A stretch of DNA of 62,069 nt, filler included. It is 6 parts of 6 records of this genome, joined end to end, with 100 filler letters (N's around TTAATTAATTAA, not from the genome) between each part and the next. Parts side by side here need not be neighbours in the genome. Positions count along the whole stretch, not along the records: positions 10,110 to 30,697 come from SRR31147125_3171; positions 30,798 to 44,783 come from SRR31147125_3184; 4 more parts are not named here. One strand, given 5' to 3'. The position numbers and the translations under genes were made by a program. Shown piece after piece: positions 19,933 through 30,839 of the stretch; the first letter of the stretch is position 1, and each line of letters starts with the position of its first letter. The notes below the pieces were generated by a model. The model saw only the letters and a list, made by a program, of their open reading frames with translations, had not been told where the DNA came from and did not search any database.

Positions 19933-20562
19933 ATGATCTTGACTAATAATTTATTTTTTAAACCAACACCAATCTATAAAGAATACATGATTCTAGACTT
20001 AATAGAAAAAGATGCACATGTAACACAAAGACAGTTATCAGATGCGATTGGTAGTTCAGTTTCAATGATAAATTATTATTTGGATCAGTATGAAGAAAAA
20101 GGGTTAATCAAAAGAAAGAAACACTCTACAAAAAATGTAGAGTATTTTGTTACTAAAAAAGGGATGGATAGAAGGAAACTTCTAAACATTTGGTATTTAA
20201 AATCATCGCATGATATTTACTTATCTGCAAAAGATAATATTATTACATTTTTAAATCAAATTATTAAAAAAGGGTTTAAAAAGATATTATTATATGGTGC
20301 AGGTGAAGTAGCAACAATCATTTTACAAGTGATGCATGATGATCAAGCATTTCCGCTTAAGGTATTAGCGGTTGTTGATGATGATCAACATAAGCAAAAC
20401 CAAAGAATTAATAATATAGATATTATAGATAAAGAACAAATTAACAATTATGATCATGATGGCATCTTAATCGCAAGTTATACACATCATGCGTCTATTC
20501 ATGAAAAGTTAAAAGCAATCAACTACAATAAAAACAAAATTATCAGTTTCTTTGATAATTAA
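19933..20562 (+). CDS. Winged-helix (MarR-like, EPS-associated) regulator with C-terminal Rossmann-like domain
   Basis: TQRQLSDAIGSSVSMINYYL...YFVTKKG wHTH; ILLYGAGEVA nucleotide-binding motif. Confidence 0.8.
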   Translation: MILTNNLFFKPTPIYKEYMILDLIEKDAHVTQRQLSDAIGSSVSMINYYLDQYEEKGLIKRKKHSTKNVEYFVTKKGMDRRKLLNIWYLKSSHDIYLSAKDNIITFLNQIIKKGFKKILLYGAGEVATIILQVMHDDQAFPLKVLAVVDDDQHKQNQRINNIDIIDKEQINNYDHDGILIASYTHHASIHEKLKAINYNKNKIISFFDN

Positions 20563-20577
20563 AGATGAGGTATCGAT

Positions 20578-21201
20578 ATGTTTTATCTTAAATTTAAAAG
20601 ATTTTATGATACACTTGGTGCTTTTATAGGTATCGTATTATTATCACCATTGTTTATTCTAATCATGCTGTTCATTAAAATAGATTCTAAAGGACCTATT
20701 TTATTTAAACAAAAAAGAATAGGTAGACATAAGAAACATTTTAATATTTTAAAATTTAGAACCATGCGAATTGATACACCAAAAGATATGCCAACACATA
20801 TGTTAGAAAATCCAGACCAATGGATTACAAAAATTGGTAAATTTTTAAGAAAAACAAGCTTAGATGAATTACCACAGCTATTCAATATCTTAAAAGGTGA
20901 TATGTCTATCATTGGACCTAGACCTGCATTATGGAATCAATATGATCTTATAGAAGAAAGAGATAAATATAATGTTCATAAACTTTATCCGGGTATTACG
21001 GGTTATGCACAAATCAAAGGTCGAGATACACTACCTATACCGGAAAAAGCAGCATTAGATGGAGAGTATGTTAAAAGAGTAAGTCAATGGTTTGATATTA
21101 AAATCTTTTTTGGAACTATCATTAGTGTATTTAGATCTGATGGTGTTGTAGAAGGTGGAACTGGTACATTAAAGAAAAATGAGAAGCAGGTGGAACAATG
21201 A
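20578..21201 (+). CDS. Initiating sugar-phosphate transferase (bacterial sugar transferase family)
   Basis: FKQKRIG, KFRTM, RKTSLDELPQLFNILKGDMSIIGPRP, PGITGYAQ. Confidence 0.93.
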   Translation: MFYLKFKRFYDTLGAFIGIVLLSPLFILIMLFIKIDSKGPILFKQKRIGRHKKHFNILKFRTMRIDTPKDMPTHMLENPDQWITKIGKFLRKTSLDELPQLFNILKGDMSIIGPRPALWNQYDLIEERDKYNVHKLYPGITGYAQIKGRDTLPIPEKAALDGEYVKRVSQWFDIKIFFGTIISVFRSDGVVEGGTGTLKKNEKQVEQ

Positions 21202-22055
21202 AAAAAGTATTAATTACAGGTGCAAACAGTTATGTTGGCACACATGTAGAAAAATGGTTAATGAAAGAGCCTGATAAATACTATGTTGAAACACTTGATA
21301 TGAAAGATCTAAATTGGAAAGATTTTGATTTTTCTAAATTTGATGTAGTCTTTCATGTCGCAGGGATTGCTCATGTTTCAGCTAAAAAGAAAATGAAAGA
21401 TCTTTATTTCAAAGTGAATAGAGATTTAACAATAGAAACTGCTCTAAAAGCTAAAGCATCTGGGGTAAAACAGTTTATATTCATGAGTAGTATGATTGTT
21501 TATAGTTCTAAGGAAACAATAATCACAAAAGAAACAACACCAAAACCAGATAATTTTTATGGATTAAGCAAGTTAGAAGCAGAAATGGAATTATTAAAAT
21601 TACAGGATAATAATTTCCATGTATGTGTATTAAGACCTCCCATGATTTATGGTCCTGAATCAAGAGGGAATTTTTTAAAATTAATTAATGTAGTGATGAA
21701 AGTTCATTTTTTTCCTAAAATAGACAACTTGAGAAGTATGTTATATATAGGTAATCTATGTGAATTTGTACGTTATATTATATCTAATCAAGATAAAGGA
21801 ATATTTTATCCACAAAATAAAGAATATGTATCTGTTATTAATGTAATTGACAAATATAGCAAATTGAAATCTAAAAAAATTATAATTTCTAGACTATTTA
21901 ATCCTTTTATAAAGATTATGTTACATAGAATATCAGTATTAGAAAAAGTGTTTGGGAATAGAATGTATAGTCAAACAATGAGTTATTATAAACATGATTA
22001 TTATAAATTTGATTTTGAAGATTCACTAAGAATTATTGGAGGTAAAGATGACTGA
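21198..22055 (+). CDS. NAD-dependent epimerase/dehydratase
   Basis: LITGANSYVG, FHVAGIAH, YGLSK (YxxxK), LRPPMIYG. Confidence 0.9.
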   Translation: MKKVLITGANSYVGTHVEKWLMKEPDKYYVETLDMKDLNWKDFDFSKFDVVFHVAGIAHVSAKKKMKDLYFKVNRDLTIETALKAKASGVKQFIFMSSMIVYSSKETIITKETTPKPDNFYGLSKLEAEMELLKLQDNNFHVCVLRPPMIYGPESRGNFLKLINVVMKVHFFPKIDNLRSMLYIGNLCEFVRYIISNQDKGIFYPQNKEYVSVINVIDKYSKLKSKKIIISRLFNPFIKIMLHRISVLEKVFGNRMYSQTMSYYKHDYYKFDFEDSLRIIGGKDD

Positions 22056-22908
22056 TTTGACAGCTATAATATTAACAAAAAATGAACTTTTAAATATTGA
22101 GGAATGTATAAAATCACTAAAAAATATTGCTAAAAGAATAATTGTAGTGGATAGTTTTAGTTCTGATGGCACTGTAGAGTTAGCAAAAAAACTAAACGCT
22201 GATGTGTATAAAAACAAATTTGTTGATTATGCTACACAATTTAATTGGGCCTTAGATGAGGCTAATATCAGCACTAAATGGTGTCTTAGAATTGATGCAG
22301 ATGAAAGATTCACGCCGGAATTGACTGAAGAGATTAAAAAGTTGATAAACATTAATTCAAATACAAATATAAACGGTATTGTTCTAGAAGCGCAAATGTA
22401 TTTTATGGGTAAAAAATTGAATTTTGGTGCAAGTAAAAAACGTAAATTAATGGTTTTTAAGACGAATTTCGGAAGAATCGAAAAAAGAAGAATGGATGAG
22501 CATACTATATTGAGAGAGGGTAAAACTATAATTGCTAAAAATAAATATCTTCATTATGATTATAAAAATATAGATATTTTTGTAAAGAAACTAAATTGGT
22601 ATGCCACAAGAGAAATGCAAGATTTTGTCGAGTATAGTAGAAATAACAAAATTGTAGATTTGCATGATAAAAAAATCAACAAAACCCGATTTAAGAAATT
22701 CAAAATATATTATAAGTTTCCATTATTTTTAAGAACAAAATTACTTTTCTTTTATTTTTATATAGTTAAACTTGGATTTTTAGATGGCAGAGAAGGATAT
22801 ATATATAATTATTTATATACAAGATTTTATAGAATTCTTGTTGACATCAAAATATATGAGCAATATAAATTTCAAAATGAATTTACAGAAACTGGAGATT
22901 TAAAATGA
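22048..22908 (+). CDS. Glycosyltransferase family 2
   Basis: IILTKNE, VVDSFSSDGT, RIDADE; ATG at 22048 follows GGAGGT. Confidence 0.9.
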   Translation: MTDLTAIILTKNELLNIEECIKSLKNIAKRIIVVDSFSSDGTVELAKKLNADVYKNKFVDYATQFNWALDEANISTKWCLRIDADERFTPELTEEIKKLININSNTNINGIVLEAQMYFMGKKLNFGASKKRKLMVFKTNFGRIEKRRMDEHTILREGKTIIAKNKYLHYDYKNIDIFVKKLNWYATREMQDFVEYSRNNKIVDLHDKKINKTRFKKFKIYYKFPLFLRTKLLFFYFYIVKLGFLDGREGYIYNYLYTRFYRILVDIKIYEQYKFQNEFTETGDLK

Positions 22909-24068
22909 AGAAAAAAACTGTTGGGATTATTAGTATGCAAAGAATTGTAAATTATGGTTCATTTTTGCAGGCTTACGCATTTAAAAACATATTGAAAGAG
23001 TACTCAGATGACATCGCATTCATAGATTACAAAATAGAAAAGCCTGTGTTAAATTCTGCGAAAAAACGAGTTAGATATATTAAAAATATTTTACAAAACA
23101 GAATATTTAATGTGATATTAAAGACTAAATTCTTTTGGAGATTTTTACCTAAAGAGTATTTAGAAATAGTAAAGCACACTGCTAAGTATAATAACGAAAT
23201 ATTACCGCTAATAGATGTTTATCATAAGAAAAATTATGATAGTAACAAGGATATAGTTTTCATAGGCAGCGATGAAGTTTTTAACTTTTTACAAGAAAAT
23301 GTAAATGTTGGATTTTCTAAGAATCTGTTTGGTGAAAATTTAAAATCTAGTTGTATTTGTTCATATGCTGCATCTTTTGGCAATACAACAATGTCTAGAA
23401 TTTATGAGAATAATATGACTGAAACAATTGGGAATCTACTTAAAAATTTCTCGCATATTTCCGTGAGAGATGAAAATTCTTATAAAATTGTAGAAGAGTT
23501 AAAGGTGAAAAACGGAGTGATAAATCTAGATCCAGTGTTACTTTATGACTTTACTTCGGAATTATTAGATAATTTTGAAAAAGAAAAATATATAGTTATA
23601 TACGCATATCGAAATAGAATAACAAAGAATGAAGAAGAATCTATAATTGAATATGCAAGTGAACATGGCTATAAAATAATAAGTTTAGGTGGATACCAAT
23701 CGTTTTCGGACAAACATGTTTCATGTTCACCATTTGAGATGTTAACATATTTGAAGAATGCTGAGTGCGTGATAACTGATACATTTCATGGAACAATATA
23801 TTCAATAATATTTAAAAAAAGATTTGCTTCTTTTGTAAGAAAAACCAGTGAATCTAGTTATGGTAATGAAGAAAAAATGCTTTTTTTATTAAATAGATTT
23901 GACCTATTAGATCATGTGATTGGTGATGATAGAAAGATTAAAAACATACTGGAGATTTCTATTGATAAAAATAAGATAAGTGAAATTATTCGAATTGAAA
24001 AAAATAGCACTCGAAAATATTTGAGAAAAGTGTTTGGTATGGAAGGGGCAACTGATGAATACAATTGA
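22905..24068 (+). CDS. Polysaccharide pyruvyl transferase family protein (1)
   Basis: NYGSFLQAYA, IGSDEVFN, SYAASFG, ISVRD, LDPV, ITDTFHGT. Confidence 0.88.
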   Translation: MKKKTVGIISMQRIVNYGSFLQAYAFKNILKEYSDDIAFIDYKIEKPVLNSAKKRVRYIKNILQNRIFNVILKTKFFWRFLPKEYLEIVKHTAKYNNEILPLIDVYHKKNYDSNKDIVFIGSDEVFNFLQENVNVGFSKNLFGENLKSSCICSYAASFGNTTMSRIYENNMTETIGNLLKNFSHISVRDENSYKIVEELKVKNGVINLDPVLLYDFTSELLDNFEKEKYIVIYAYRNRITKNEEESIIEYASEHGYKIISLGGYQSFSDKHVSCSPFEMLTYLKNAECVITDTFHGTIYSIIFKKRFASFVRKTSESSYGNEEKMLFLLNRFDLLDHVIGDDRKIKNILEISIDKNKISEIIRIEKNSTRKYLRKVFGMEGATDEYN

Positions 24069-25074
24069 ACCAATTAAATCATATAAAATTAGATTATTAG
24101 CTAAAAAAATAATATATAAATTTCGATTTTTGAAAATTTCAATTTCTGATTATAAGAGATTTAAAAAAAGTTCATTTGCATTGTCAACCAAATATGATGT
24201 TATTAAATTGGAGGCCAAATTAACTTTACATTACCATTCAATAGAAAAAGGGTTAACCAACAGGGATTTTAGATACGGATTTGGGAAGAGAGCCATTACC
24301 GAACTGACTTATTCTTTAGATCTTTATATAAAAAAAGGGTTCCCATTGAATAATCAAAGAGTCATTAGTTCAATTAGAGTGCTAGAGAATTATGTTAATG
24401 TACACAAAGATAATTTATCAAATGTAAATATAGATTTTGTTGAAAAAAAATTAAGATACTATAAAAAAATGTTATTGAATGATAATGTTTCTTATGTTTA
24501 TAAATCACAAATTATAAATCACTTAAATACTAGAGAACAGTTTAAATTTTCGAAAGAAAATACTAATCGAAGACATAGCGTTAGAGAGTATAAGGAAGAA
24601 ATAGTTCAAAGAAACATTGTTAATGAAATTATTTTTCAAGCGCAATATACCCCTTCCGTTTGTAATAGGCAACCATGGAAGATAATATATATTACAGATA
24701 AAATTAAAATTAATGAAATATTGAAACTTCAAAATGGTATGAATATGTCACGAATCAATAAAGTTAATAATTTATTTGTTATTGGTGTTGATTTGAGATA
24801 CTTCGCAAATGGTTTTGAAAGACATGAACCATATATAGCTGGTGGTATGTATACCATGAATATATTAAATCAAATGCATATGAAAAATTTAGGTGCTTGT
24901 GCATTGAATTCAAGTATGAGTAAAAAGACAGCTGCCAATATTAAAGCAATTCTAAAATTGCACAAGTCAATTGATATAACGAATTTCGTTACGTTTGGTT
25001 ATAAATTGGATAATTATAAAACTCCAGCTTCTGATAGAGATCCAATATCAAAGATATTTACTGTCATAGAATAG
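24055..25074 (+). CDS. Nitroreductase-family flavoprotein (polysaccharide-locus type)
   Basis: HSIEKGL N-domain; RRHSVREY, TPSVCNRQPW, LGACALN. Confidence 0.85.
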   Translation: MNTIEPIKSYKIRLLAKKIIYKFRFLKISISDYKRFKKSSFALSTKYDVIKLEAKLTLHYHSIEKGLTNRDFRYGFGKRAITELTYSLDLYIKKGFPLNNQRVISSIRVLENYVNVHKDNLSNVNIDFVEKKLRYYKKMLLNDNVSYVYKSQIINHLNTREQFKFSKENTNRRHSVREYKEEIVQRNIVNEIIFQAQYTPSVCNRQPWKIIYITDKIKINEILKLQNGMNMSRINKVNNLFVIGVDLRYFANGFERHEPYIAGGMYTMNILNQMHMKNLGACALNSSMSKKTAANIKAILKLHKSIDITNFVTFGYKLDNYKTPASDRDPISKIFTVIE

Positions 25075-25083
25075 GAGTAATAA

Positions 25084-26187
25084 ATGAAAATATTAGTGAC
25101 ATCAGCTGCTTCATATAATTTAAATGGTATAACAAAGTTTATATTAAATTATTACACACATAAAAACCTAGGTGCTATCGAAGTAGATTTTGTATCTATT
25201 CAAGAGATACCTGAAAATGTTGAAATAAGTTTAAATAAAGTTGCTAAAAAAATACACATAATAAAAAATAGAAGTAAAAATCCAATTAAGTATATTATAA
25301 GTCTTTATAAAATATGTAAATCAGGGGACTATGATATAATTCATTCACATGGAAATAGCTATACTCTTGCTTTTGAGATGGTTGCTGCTAAATTCGCAAA
25401 AATACGTATAAGAATAGCACATTTTCATAGTACAACTACAAAATTTAAAATATTCAATCTTTTTATGAAGCCAATATTTTTTCTTACATATAATTATGCG
25501 TTCACTTGCAGTCAAATAGTCGGTAAAAAATATTTTAATCATAAAGAATATACAGTTATTAAGAATGCATTTGACTTAGAAAAGTTTACTTTTGATTTGA
25601 AGGAAAGAGATAGATTGAAAAGTGCTTTTCATTTAAATGATGAATTGGTTATTGGACATATCGGGACTTTTCAAAAAGTTAAAAATCATGATTTTATTAT
25701 CGATATATTTAAAATGATTAATAAAAAAACTAGAGCAAAGTTAATACTAATTGGTTACGGTCCCGAGAAAAAAATAATCATTGAAAAAGTGTCGCAATTA
25801 AATTTGAGCCAAGACGTAATATTTTTGGAAAATAGAAATGACATAGACAAACTCATAAATGTATTTGATTATTTTATTTTCCCATCAACTTACGAAGGAC
25901 TAGGCATTGTTTTATTAGAAACACAATTGAATGGAATTCCCATTTTAACGTCTGATGCTATTTCTAATGAGGTTATTCTATCAAAAAACATTATTCAATT
26001 ATCTCTTGAAAAAGGTCCACTAGTCTGGGCAAATAGTTTATTAGAATTGTCTACAGATAGGGAGAAGAATAATTTACAAATTCTCAAAGAACATGGTTAT
26101 GACATAAATGAACAAACTAAAAATTTGGTTAATATATTTCAAAAATATATAGATGAAAAAATTCTAGGAGAAAAATCATGCAAATAA
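25084..26187 (+). CDS. Glycosyltransferase family 4 (GT-B)
   Basis: YDIIHSHG, GHIGTFQKVKNH, FPSTYEGLGIVLLETQ (EX7E). Confidence 0.9.
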   Translation: MKILVTSAASYNLNGITKFILNYYTHKNLGAIEVDFVSIQEIPENVEISLNKVAKKIHIIKNRSKNPIKYIISLYKICKSGDYDIIHSHGNSYTLAFEMVAAKFAKIRIRIAHFHSTTTKFKIFNLFMKPIFFLTYNYAFTCSQIVGKKYFNHKEYTVIKNAFDLEKFTFDLKERDRLKSAFHLNDELVIGHIGTFQKVKNHDFIIDIFKMINKKTRAKLILIGYGPEKKIIIEKVSQLNLSQDVIFLENRNDIDKLINVFDYFIFPSTYEGLGIVLLETQLNGIPILTSDAISNEVILSKNIIQLSLEKGPLVWANSLLELSTDREKNNLQILKEHGYDINEQTKNLVNIFQKYIDEKILGEKSCK

Positions 26188-27433
26188 CATTTTTTGGAAT
26201 GCTATGGGGATTTTTAATAATTATTGCATTTTTTCAAACAGATATTAAAAATATGGTATTTGTAACTTTGTTTTCCATGATATTCCAATCTAATAATATT
26301 ATAATTATCAATGGAACAGGGATAGGTCCTCAAATAATCACTTCCTTTGTATTTATAGTTAAGTCTTTTTTAGTTGTTCCTTATTTTAAAACTAGATTTA
26401 TTTTTAAAGACAAAGTAAATATAGCATTTTTTATACTCTTATTGGTTTATATATTTTCAAGTTTATACAATGGGCTTTTAAACAATAATTTCCTTCAATT
26501 ATTAATGATTTCAATATATATAATTGCATTTTATAGGTTTTTAATTATTAGAAGTAAATTATCTTTTGATTTTATACACTCTTCTGTGAAATTTATAACT
26601 TATTTCATAATTTTAGTTGGCTTTTTTCAATTACTCTATAATGCACATATATTACCCATAAAAAATATTTTGGGATTGTTAATATACAACGATAATTTGA
26701 ATGGTTCTGTTATTTTTCACACAAAAGATCTATTTAGATTCTATTCAACTTTTATGGAGCCATCTTTTGCTGGAGCTGTACTTGTAGGTTTATTTTATTA
26801 TTTTCTTAGTAAATATAGTATAATGAAAAAATCACCTATTTTTATATTTTTGTTAATCTCCATAGTTTTAACACAGTCTTCAACAGCTTATGGAGCATTG
26901 GTAATAATGTTTGCAATTTGGATTGTCTCTAGCAACTTGCAATTTGATAGAAAAATAATGTTTGTAGTTTTAGGAATAACAATGTTTATTGCACTTTACA
27001 TGTTTACTCCGTTGCTAGATAATGTGATATTCAATAAGTTTTCAACAAGTTCAGCACGTGTAAGAAGTGTGTGGAATTCAAATGCCTTTGAACTTTTTAA
27101 ATACAACAAATTGCTGGGAGTTGGCTATAAAAATAGTCGAGCCAGTAGCTTACTTTTAACGATAATGGCTGAATCGGGATTAATTGGAATGATAATAATT
27201 CTATATATAGTTATTGCATTCTTTACTAAAAGTTTTTCACGGAATGGAAAAAAACAGCAACTTTAATGGTGTTATCAGTTTTTATTGCTCAAATAATTGC
27301 AATTCCTGATTTTGATTTTTCCGGGTTATGGTTAGTCCTATATATATATGCATTAAATAATAAAAAAGATTTTAGAAAAGAGATATATTATGAAGAAAAA
27401 AATAGCTACACTAACATACCACAATGTACTTAA
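26178..27433 (+). CDS. wzy: Wzy-like polysaccharide polymerase, frameshifted near the 3' end
   Basis: Multi-TM protein with RFYSTFMEPS and SSARVR loops; ORF stops at 27266, but adding one A to the A7 run at 27248-27254 continues into two more TM segments ending at 27433. Confidence 0.7.
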
Positions 27434-28475
27434 TTATGGTGCAGTGATTCAAACTTATGCTCTTCAAAGATTTGTCAAAGACAATTTTCAAAATATTGAT
27501 ATTGAAGTATTAGATTATAAATCTGAATTTGTCACTTATTCCTATAGTTACAAACGCTTATTAAAGAATTTTAAGACATTACCTTTACATTTAGTGCTTT
27601 TATTTTTAAAAAAGAAAAAATTTAAGAAATTTATTAAAAAGCATATTACAGTGTCTTCACAAACTTATGTTAAGAATAATATTGCGTCATCAGTTAAACT
27701 TTATGATGGATTCATTGTTGGAAGTGATCAAGTTTGGAATTTTAATCTTAGTGGAAAAGATACTTCTTATTTATTAGATTTTGTAAATTCTAATAAATTG
27801 AAAATATCATATGCAGCATCATTAGGTTCAAAGATATTAGATTCTGAGAGTTTAACTACATTCATGAAGCATCTAAATAGTTTAAATTATATTTCTGTAC
27901 GGGAAAGTACTGGTTCTAGTTTTCTTGCCCAAAATTTAAATAAAAATATATATCAACATGTTGATCCTGCACTACTTTTACCTGCTGAAGAATGGAAGAG
28001 AATATCTGAATCATCAAGGAAAGATAAGAAGTATATTTTAGTATATATGATTAAGTATTCAGAGGAATTATTAAAAGCTGCAGTACGTTTAAGCGTGGAC
28101 AAGCAAATTAAAGTATACTTTATTGGATCACCCAAAAAAGTTAAGGGCGTTAAATATATAATAAATCCAAGAGTTGAAAGATTTATTAATTTATTTGAAA
28201 ATGCAAAATATATAATGACAAATTCTTTTCATGGCACAGTATTTTCAATTTTGTTTCATAAAAAATTTCTAGTACATATGACTTATACAGATGGAAGAAA
28301 CAGAAGAATGATAGATCTTTTAGAAAATTTGAAGATGACAAAACATATTTTTTCTATTGAAACTATTGATCAGATAGAATTAGAAGATGATTGGGACTTT
28401 ATTGATGGTAAGATCAGAGAATCTAGGGAAAAAGCATTAAAATATTTAGAAAAGTCATTTAGTGATATAAAATGA
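27390..28475 (+). CDS. Polysaccharide pyruvyl transferase family protein (2)
   Basis: NYGAVIQTYAL, VGSDQVWN, SYAASLG, ISVRE, VDPALL, TNSFHGT. Confidence 0.88.
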   Translation: MKKKIATLTYHNVLNYGAVIQTYALQRFVKDNFQNIDIEVLDYKSEFVTYSYSYKRLLKNFKTLPLHLVLLFLKKKKFKKFIKKHITVSSQTYVKNNIASSVKLYDGFIVGSDQVWNFNLSGKDTSYLLDFVNSNKLKISYAASLGSKILDSESLTTFMKHLNSLNYISVRESTGSSFLAQNLNKNIYQHVDPALLLPAEEWKRISESSRKDKKYILVYMIKYSEELLKAAVRLSVDKQIKVYFIGSPKKVKGVKYIINPRVERFINLFENAKYIMTNSFHGTVFSILFHKKFLVHMTYTDGRNRRMIDLLENLKMTKHIFSIETIDQIELEDDWDFIDGKIRESREKALKYLEKSFSDIK

Positions 28476-30007
28476 AATTTGATAGAACGTTAAATACACA
28501 AAAAAACGTTTTTACTGGAATTATATATAGAGTCGTATCTTTAATTGTACCTTTTTTTATTAGGACATTAATTATACAAAAACTTGGAATCGAATATCTT
28601 GGACTTTCAAGTTTATTCGTATCAATCTTACAAATTCTTAATCTTGCGGAATTGGGTTTTGGAAGTGCAATAGTATATACAATGTACCAGCCAATTGCGA
28701 GAGATGATATGGATAAAATTGGATCGATTTTGTATTTCTATAAAAGAGTTTACAGATTCTTGGGGGCCATAATATTTATTTTTGGATTGCTTACGTTGCC
28801 TTTTTTAAGATACCTAATAAATGATTTTGATATGCTAGTTTTGGATGTAAACATTCACATAGTTTTTTTAATATATTTAATTAATACTACTGTAAGCTAT
28901 TTTTTCTTTGCATATAAAAAATCTCTTTTGATGGCTTTTCATAAAAACAGTTTGCTAAATTTAACTAATTTATTTTCGCATATTGTTCTTTATTCATTGC
29001 AAATAATGGCAATATTCATTTTTAATAGTTTTTATATATTTGTTATCTTGTTACCAATTTTTACAGTGGTGGACAATCTTATTATTAACTATATAGCAAA
29101 TAAAAAATTTCCAGATATACTAAATTCGAAAAAATTATCTGTAGAAGAAGTACAGCAAATTAAAATTAAAATTAAAGCGCTAGCAGGCCATAAAATCGGT
29201 GCTGTAGTTCTAGTTTCATTTGATAACATAGTTATTTCGGCTTTTTTAAATCTAACTATTTTAACAGTTTATAACAACTATTATTATGTAATAACTGCGC
29301 TTGTTGGCTTCATTAATATAGGATTCAACTCTATATTAGCAGGATTAGGGAACAGTTTGGAAACTGAATCAATGAACAAAAATTATTCTATATTTAAGGA
29401 ATTAAATTATATTAATGCATGGATTGTTAGTTTTTGTACAGTTTCTTTATTAATTCTATATCAACCGTTCATGTTTCTTTGGATGGGTAAAGACTTAATG
29501 TTTAATTTCAAAATAATAATATTACTTGGAATATATTTTTATTTTTGGCAAATTAGAGTTATTGGTTTAGGTTTTAAAGATGCAGCTGGTATGTGGTCTA
29601 AGGACTTTTGGAAACCTTATGTTGGGGTATTTGTTAATTTAGTCATAAATATCATTTTAGTATTATGGATAGGTTTAAGCGGAGTTTTATTGACCACTAT
29701 TTTTGTCATGGTATTTATCTATTTTCCTATTGAGACCTATGTTTTACATAAATGGTTATTTAAAAGAAACTGCAGAGGTTATTTAAAAATTCAATTTTTA
29801 TACCTTGTTATTACTATTATTTCTTCATTAACTTCTATATACATCGCATCGTTTTTTAGTGATAATTCGATTAAAAGTTTTATATTTAAAATATTTATCT
29901 GTTTGGTAATTCCTAATATTATTTTTCTTATTATGTCATTTAAGACTGAAGGTTTTATGCTGGTTTTGAAAAGAATAAAAATTGTTATCAAAAATATAAA
30001 TGTATAA
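28472..30007 (+). CDS. wzx: Wzx-type oligosaccharide flippase
   Basis: ~12-14 TM; LGIEYLGLSSLF, LNLAELGFGSAI motifs of the MOP/PST family. Confidence 0.85.
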   Translation: MKFDRTLNTQKNVFTGIIYRVVSLIVPFFIRTLIIQKLGIEYLGLSSLFVSILQILNLAELGFGSAIVYTMYQPIARDDMDKIGSILYFYKRVYRFLGAIIFIFGLLTLPFLRYLINDFDMLVLDVNIHIVFLIYLINTTVSYFFFAYKKSLLMAFHKNSLLNLTNLFSHIVLYSLQIMAIFIFNSFYIFVILLPIFTVVDNLIINYIANKKFPDILNSKKLSVEEVQQIKIKIKALAGHKIGAVVLVSFDNIVISAFLNLTILTVYNNYYYVITALVGFINIGFNSILAGLGNSLETESMNKNYSIFKELNYINAWIVSFCTVSLLILYQPFMFLWMGKDLMFNFKIIILLGIYFYFWQIRVIGLGFKDAAGMWSKDFWKPYVGVFVNLVINIILVLWIGLSGVLLTTIFVMVFIYFPIETYVLHKWLFKRNCRGYLKIQFLYLVITIISSLTSIYIASFFSDNSIKSFIFKIFICLVIPNIIFLIMSFKTEGFMLVLKRIKIVIKNINV

Positions 30008-30026
30008 CTTGAAATGAGGGGTTAAG

Positions 30027-30697
30027 ATGGAACTTAAACAAAATGTTGATTTAAGTAAATATTCTAAAATAAATATTGGGGGTAGAGCTAATAATTTTTA
30101 CATCCCGGAAAATGAAACGGAGTTAATTGAGCTACTTAAAGAAAAGAAAAGTGAAAAAATATATATTATTGCAAATGGTTCAAATATCTTAATTAATGAT
30201 CAAAAAACATTTGAAACAGTTATATACTTAAAAGAATTTTCAAAAGGAATGGAGTTTTCTGAAAACATTTTAACAGTAGGCGCTTCAGTTTCTTTACAAA
30301 AAGTTTTAAAAACTATTAATTCAAAAGGTTATGGAGGTGTTGAATATTTGTATACTGTACCAGGTACTATTGGTGGTGCAATTTACATGAATGCTGGAAC
30401 AGGACACAGTGAAGGGAAATCAATATCAGATTATATATTGGAAATCAAAACTTTTGATGGTGAAAAAATAAATGTATACAACAAAGATGAAGCGAAGTTT
30501 AGTTATAGATATTCAATATTTAAAACTAATAAAGAAATAGTCCTTTCTGCTAAATTTAAATTCCCTAAATTAGATAAAGAAATTATCGATAATGTCAAAA
30601 CTGATAAGATTGCTTTTGCAAGATCTACTCAAGATATGAGACATCCCAATTTAGGTTCAATATTTGATTATCCAAATGTATATATCATAACCTTTTT
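30027..30697 (+). CDS. MurB-like FAD-dependent enolpyruvyl reductase (3'-truncated at contig edge)
   Basis: IGGRA, IANGSNILI, VPGTIGGAIYMNAG, FSYRYSIF, HPNLGSIF. Confidence 0.85.
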
Positions 30698-30797
30698 NNN
30701 NNNNNNNNNNNNNNNNNNNNNNNNNNNNNNNNNNNNNNNNNTTAATTAATTAANNNNNNNNNNNNNNNNNNNNNNNNNNNNNNNNNNNNNNNNNNNN
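30698..30797. other. Artificial contig-joining spacer
   Basis: 44 N + TTAATTAATTAA + 44 N. Confidence 0.98.
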
Positions 30798-30839
30798 GGT
30801 GTAATAGATACCTTTTGATACAGCCCTCTAGACTTTTCT

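Noticed and set aside
10110-30697. Genetic code 4 (TGA = Trp) in the Mollicute-like contig
   Set aside because: Genes are full-length under code 11, use TGG for Trp, and TGA acts as stop in ATGA overlaps (21198-21201, 22905-22908, 28472-28475).
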